Under the pieces are notes generated by a model. The model saw nothing but the letters and a program-made list of their open reading frames with translations, made no database searches and was not told the DNA's origin. The position numbers were made by a program, and so were the translations under genes. Positions 60,931 through 64,000 of a stretch of DNA of 64,000 bases are shown in pieces (position 1 is the stretch's first letter; every line of letters begins with the position of its first letter). This stretch comes from Octopus sinensis (Eukaryota), in NCBI RefSeq assembly GCF_006345805.1, contig NC_042999.1:67208001-67272000 (forward strand), written 5' to 3'.

Positions 60931-61298
60931 TCTCTCTATATATATAAACGGCAAAATGTCTGCTGTGCATGTCCTTTGTACAAACCCACAATTTTTCAGT
61001 TGGAGGGCTCGCACTTTCTATGGTCATTCAAAACCGTCCAAAGGTGATCGTGCACATCTTTACATTTCCCCAGTCACCCCGCAAAGCCATTTAAAAAATC
61101 AACAGAAGTGACTTTTTTGTGAATTTTCTATCCAAAACCCAATCAAAATGCCCGAAATTTGATACGCCAATTGAATGCCAGCTAGCTGTATGTGATTGGT
61201 CGGGGATTTGGACAGTACTCGCGTGCATGTGCGCACGCACGCAGCTGTATATGCGTGCACTAGCACTATGGCCCGACGTTGCCGGGTTATAGTGCTAG
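60931..61298 (+). mobile_element. Non-autonomous Helitron
   Basis: 5' TC(TC)TATATATA, 3' CCCGACGTTGCCGGG hairpin then CTAG, inserted between A and T. Confidence 0.8.
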
Positions 61299-61929
61299 TC
61301 AATTAATATTTTGGCAATTTAGTACCTAATTGCTGCAAGAGAAGAACGCCAAGGATTTACTGTAAGAGATAGTAAATAAAGTACGTAATAATAAAGAATT
61401 GCCTTGAGAAACTTACTTTCTATTTATTGATAGTTCATGGAATTAAGAATTGTTTTAAAAAAGAAAAGATTGTATGTAAAAGATTAAGAGTTTTCGCTTT
61501 AAATTGGTAAATTATTCATCAGAATACTTAAGTAGCAATGATGTGGATACCTCATCATACACAGCTTCATGGAAATGAGAGGTACGGCGTGGTGGGGGGA
61601 GGTCATTAAAGATTTCCCCTGACCCACTTCCGGTTATCGCTGAAAAACGGATCGGGTACAGGTATAATCATACATCACACTGTAAATTGCAGCCTTCCAC
61701 TAGAGTTCGTTTGTCTTTTACGGCTGCTGAAACGTTATCGCAGTTGAAATATTTCTCCATACCAGCAAGGGTTGGAAATGTTTTCTAGTTTCTCGCCGCT
61801 ATTCCTGGTCTTCGTCATTTGCCAAATACGCTAACAGGAATGCAATCAATTTTCGCCAACGATCTTACAGCTATGTGTCACACGTGAGAGAACAAGGCCA
61901 AAATATTGATTTAAAAATTTAAAACAAAC

Positions 61930-62011
61930 CGACGAGGATGAGATTCGAACTCACGCGGGAATATCCCAATGGATTAGCAGTCCATCGCCTTAACCACTCG
62001 GCCACCTCGTC
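61930..62011 (-). tRNA. tRNA-Ser(GCT), intact
   Basis: Identical by eye to the 60055-60136 copy; T-rich terminator downstream. Confidence 0.93.
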
Positions 62012-62246
62012 GACACAAACACCAAGGAATTTTTTAACACTTTAGTGTTTCATTCGTGGAACAGACAACTCAAAAACCTCGTTACGGTAAGCGTCAGTAA
62101 AAAGAGTAATACACTAATAACAAGCAAAGAATTGCTTTGAGAAAGCAACTTCATATTTATTGATATTTTATCGAACCTAAAAATAAATGTTTGTAACGAC
62201 CTGATTGAGAGTATTCGTTTAAAATAGGTAAATATTTATTAATATA

Positions 62247-62622
62247 CTAGCACTATGACCCGGCACGCTGGGTTATAGTGCTAGTGCAAGCATATACAGC
62301 TGCGTGTGCGTGCGTGCGCACATACACGCGAGTACTGTCCAAATCTCCGACCAGTCACATACAGCTAGTTGGCATTCAATTGGCGTATCAAGTTTCAGGC
62401 ATTTTGATCGGGTTTTGGATAGAAAATTCACAAAAATGTCACTTCTATTGATTTTTTAAATGGCCTTGCGGGGTGACTGGGTAAATGTAAAGACGTGTAC
62501 GACCACCCTTGCACGGTTTTCGATGACCATAGAAAGTGCGAGCCCTCTAACTGAAATATTGTGAATTTGTATAAAGGACACGCACACACACACACACATT
62601 TTGCCGTTTATATATATATAGA
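62247..62622 (-). mobile_element. Non-autonomous Helitron, same family, opposite orientation
   Basis: Reverse complement of 60931-61298 over its whole length, with TC...CTAG ends and an A|T site. Confidence 0.8.
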
Positions 62623-63010
62623 TATATAAGTATTAATGATTTGGATACTTGATCGTACATATATTAATAGAAATACGAAGTAATTGTATAAGATAGATTA
62701 GGAAAAGAAATGATAGATAAAGATTAAACTAAATTAATTGATAAAACACAGTGAACACCGGAGAGAATATAAGGAAGCCTCAATAGATAAGTTATCAAAC
62801 TTTAATCCTCCTTTATCTCAACTAAATTTAACAACGTATGAAACAAGCCAGATACTGAACAATGGTAAACAAAGATTCTGTGGGCAATAAACGGACCATG
62901 TTGTTTTAAACCTGTCACGAACAGGTCAGATAGAACCAGATTTATGTTCTTGTGGAAAATATCCGGAAACAATGGTATTATTTATTTGAATGTAAAACGA
63001 ACTATCACTC

Positions 63011-63018
<8 letters not shown>

Positions 63019-63082
<64 letters not shown>
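63019..63082. repeat. (GA)n microsatellite
   Basis: Pure AG dinucleotide run. Confidence 0.95.
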
Positions 63083-63086
<4 letters not shown>

Positions 63087-63160
63087 TAGGCTTTGGGTCT
63101 TCATTGAAAAATAGATAGTCTTCATCGAACGAGACTGCTCGTGGTTTCAAGTAATGAAAT

Positions 63161-63450
63161 TGTGGTGTTAGTAGTGTTATGGGCTATGATGGAGCTATGT
63201 GGTGTTGGTGGAGGGGATTGCGGATGAGGTGGACGGAAGTAAGGCTTGCAGGGGCCAGCGGAAGAATCACAGGGGCATGCGTGGGCAGGAAGCACGTGTG
63301 GTCAGTTCGAGCACAGGCGGCAGAGAGCCTAGACGTGTTTAATTCGTGAGAGTGACCGCTCATTCTGCCGAGGTCAACAGGTAAGGCCTTTTGTATTTCT
63401 TTCTCCCGTTTGCTTCTTTTTCTGTTGTCCTTTTCCTCCATCACACTACA
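63161..63450. mobile_element. Solo LTR (290 bp)
   Basis: TGTGGTG...CACTACA termini, perfect 5-bp TSD GAAAT, GC-rich body absent from sister tRNA-array units. Confidence 0.75.
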
Positions 63451-63847
63451 GAAATGTATTTCCCTCACAAGAAATTGGTCGACTTGAAGTAAGTTTGAGC
63501 CTGAAGCCATTAGTTACACAGTGAACTTTACCACTCAGCTACAAGAGATGCTGAAGCTCAAGCTAAACAGCACTGACCATTACTACTAGACAGCCTGCAG
63601 AGATCAAGGGTGATGCGTGCCGCCATATTAGATACAAAAAGAGGAGAATTCATCATCATTAGCAAAGTAGGGACATTTTTTTTCCATATTTGAAATGTTT
63701 CACGGTTTCTCGACACCATTCATGGTCTTCGACATTTGCGACATGCACCAACAGGGAATGCAATTAATTTTCAGCAACGATTCTACAGCTAGGCGTCTTA
63801 TCATGACAGAACAAACCCTAGATGTTGATTTAAAAATAAAAAAAGAA

Positions 63848-63929
63848 CAACGAGGATGGGATTCAGACTCACGCGGGAATATCCCAATGGATTAGCAGTC
63901 CATCACCTTAAACACTCAGCCACCTCGTC
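63848..63929 (-). pseudogene. Degenerate tRNA-Ser(GCT) copy
   Basis: B box reads GAGTCTGAATC instead of GAGTTCGAATC, with A-box and stem mismatches. Confidence 0.78.
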
Positions 63930-64000
63930 ACTACGTCCGCCGGCCAAATATCTTAAGAATTCACTGTTTCGGTCGTGGAACGGAAGACTGTCAAAAACTT

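Noticed and set aside
63381-63451. Apparent 71-nt GT-AG intron and first exon of a new gene; ORF 63184..63510
   Set aside because: Falls within a TSD-flanked solo LTR; the ORF has no recognisable motif.

Overview
AT-rich, repeat-dense animal genomic DNA. The SINE/LINE repertoire looks like octopus (inferred from sequence recognition, not checked against a database). Two spliced housekeeping genes sit head-to-head around a shared promoter near 23.1-23.4 kb. RFC4 (clamp-loader subunit) is on the minus strand, with 8 coding exons from ATG 16360 down to 1119; its final coding exon lies left of the window, and a non-coding first exon probably ends at 23032. GTF2F2 (TFIIF beta/RAP30) is on the plus strand from ATG 23401 to TGA 51355, with 7 clear coding exons plus a candidate 21-nt frame-preserving microexon (253 or 260 aa). 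The last 7.5 kb hold a degenerate tandem array of tRNA-Ser(GCT): 3 intact copies, 2 degenerate, 1 truncated and 1 acceptor-stem-only remnant. Introns and flanks contain two long RTE-clade LINEs with a PHD-type finger inside the RT, many RTE 3' ends with amplified hairpin modules, tRNA-headed SINEs, mariner/piggyBac/hAT derivatives, Helitron remnants and a solo LTR. The most unusual signal is a set of at least four sequence-unrelated short repeats carrying minimal type-I hammerhead-ribozyme-like motifs of the Penelope-element kind. Most occur as head-to-head foldback palindromes, and one is fused to a tRNA-derived Pol III head. No ribozyme activity can be shown from sequence alone, and most copies here carry decay mutations.
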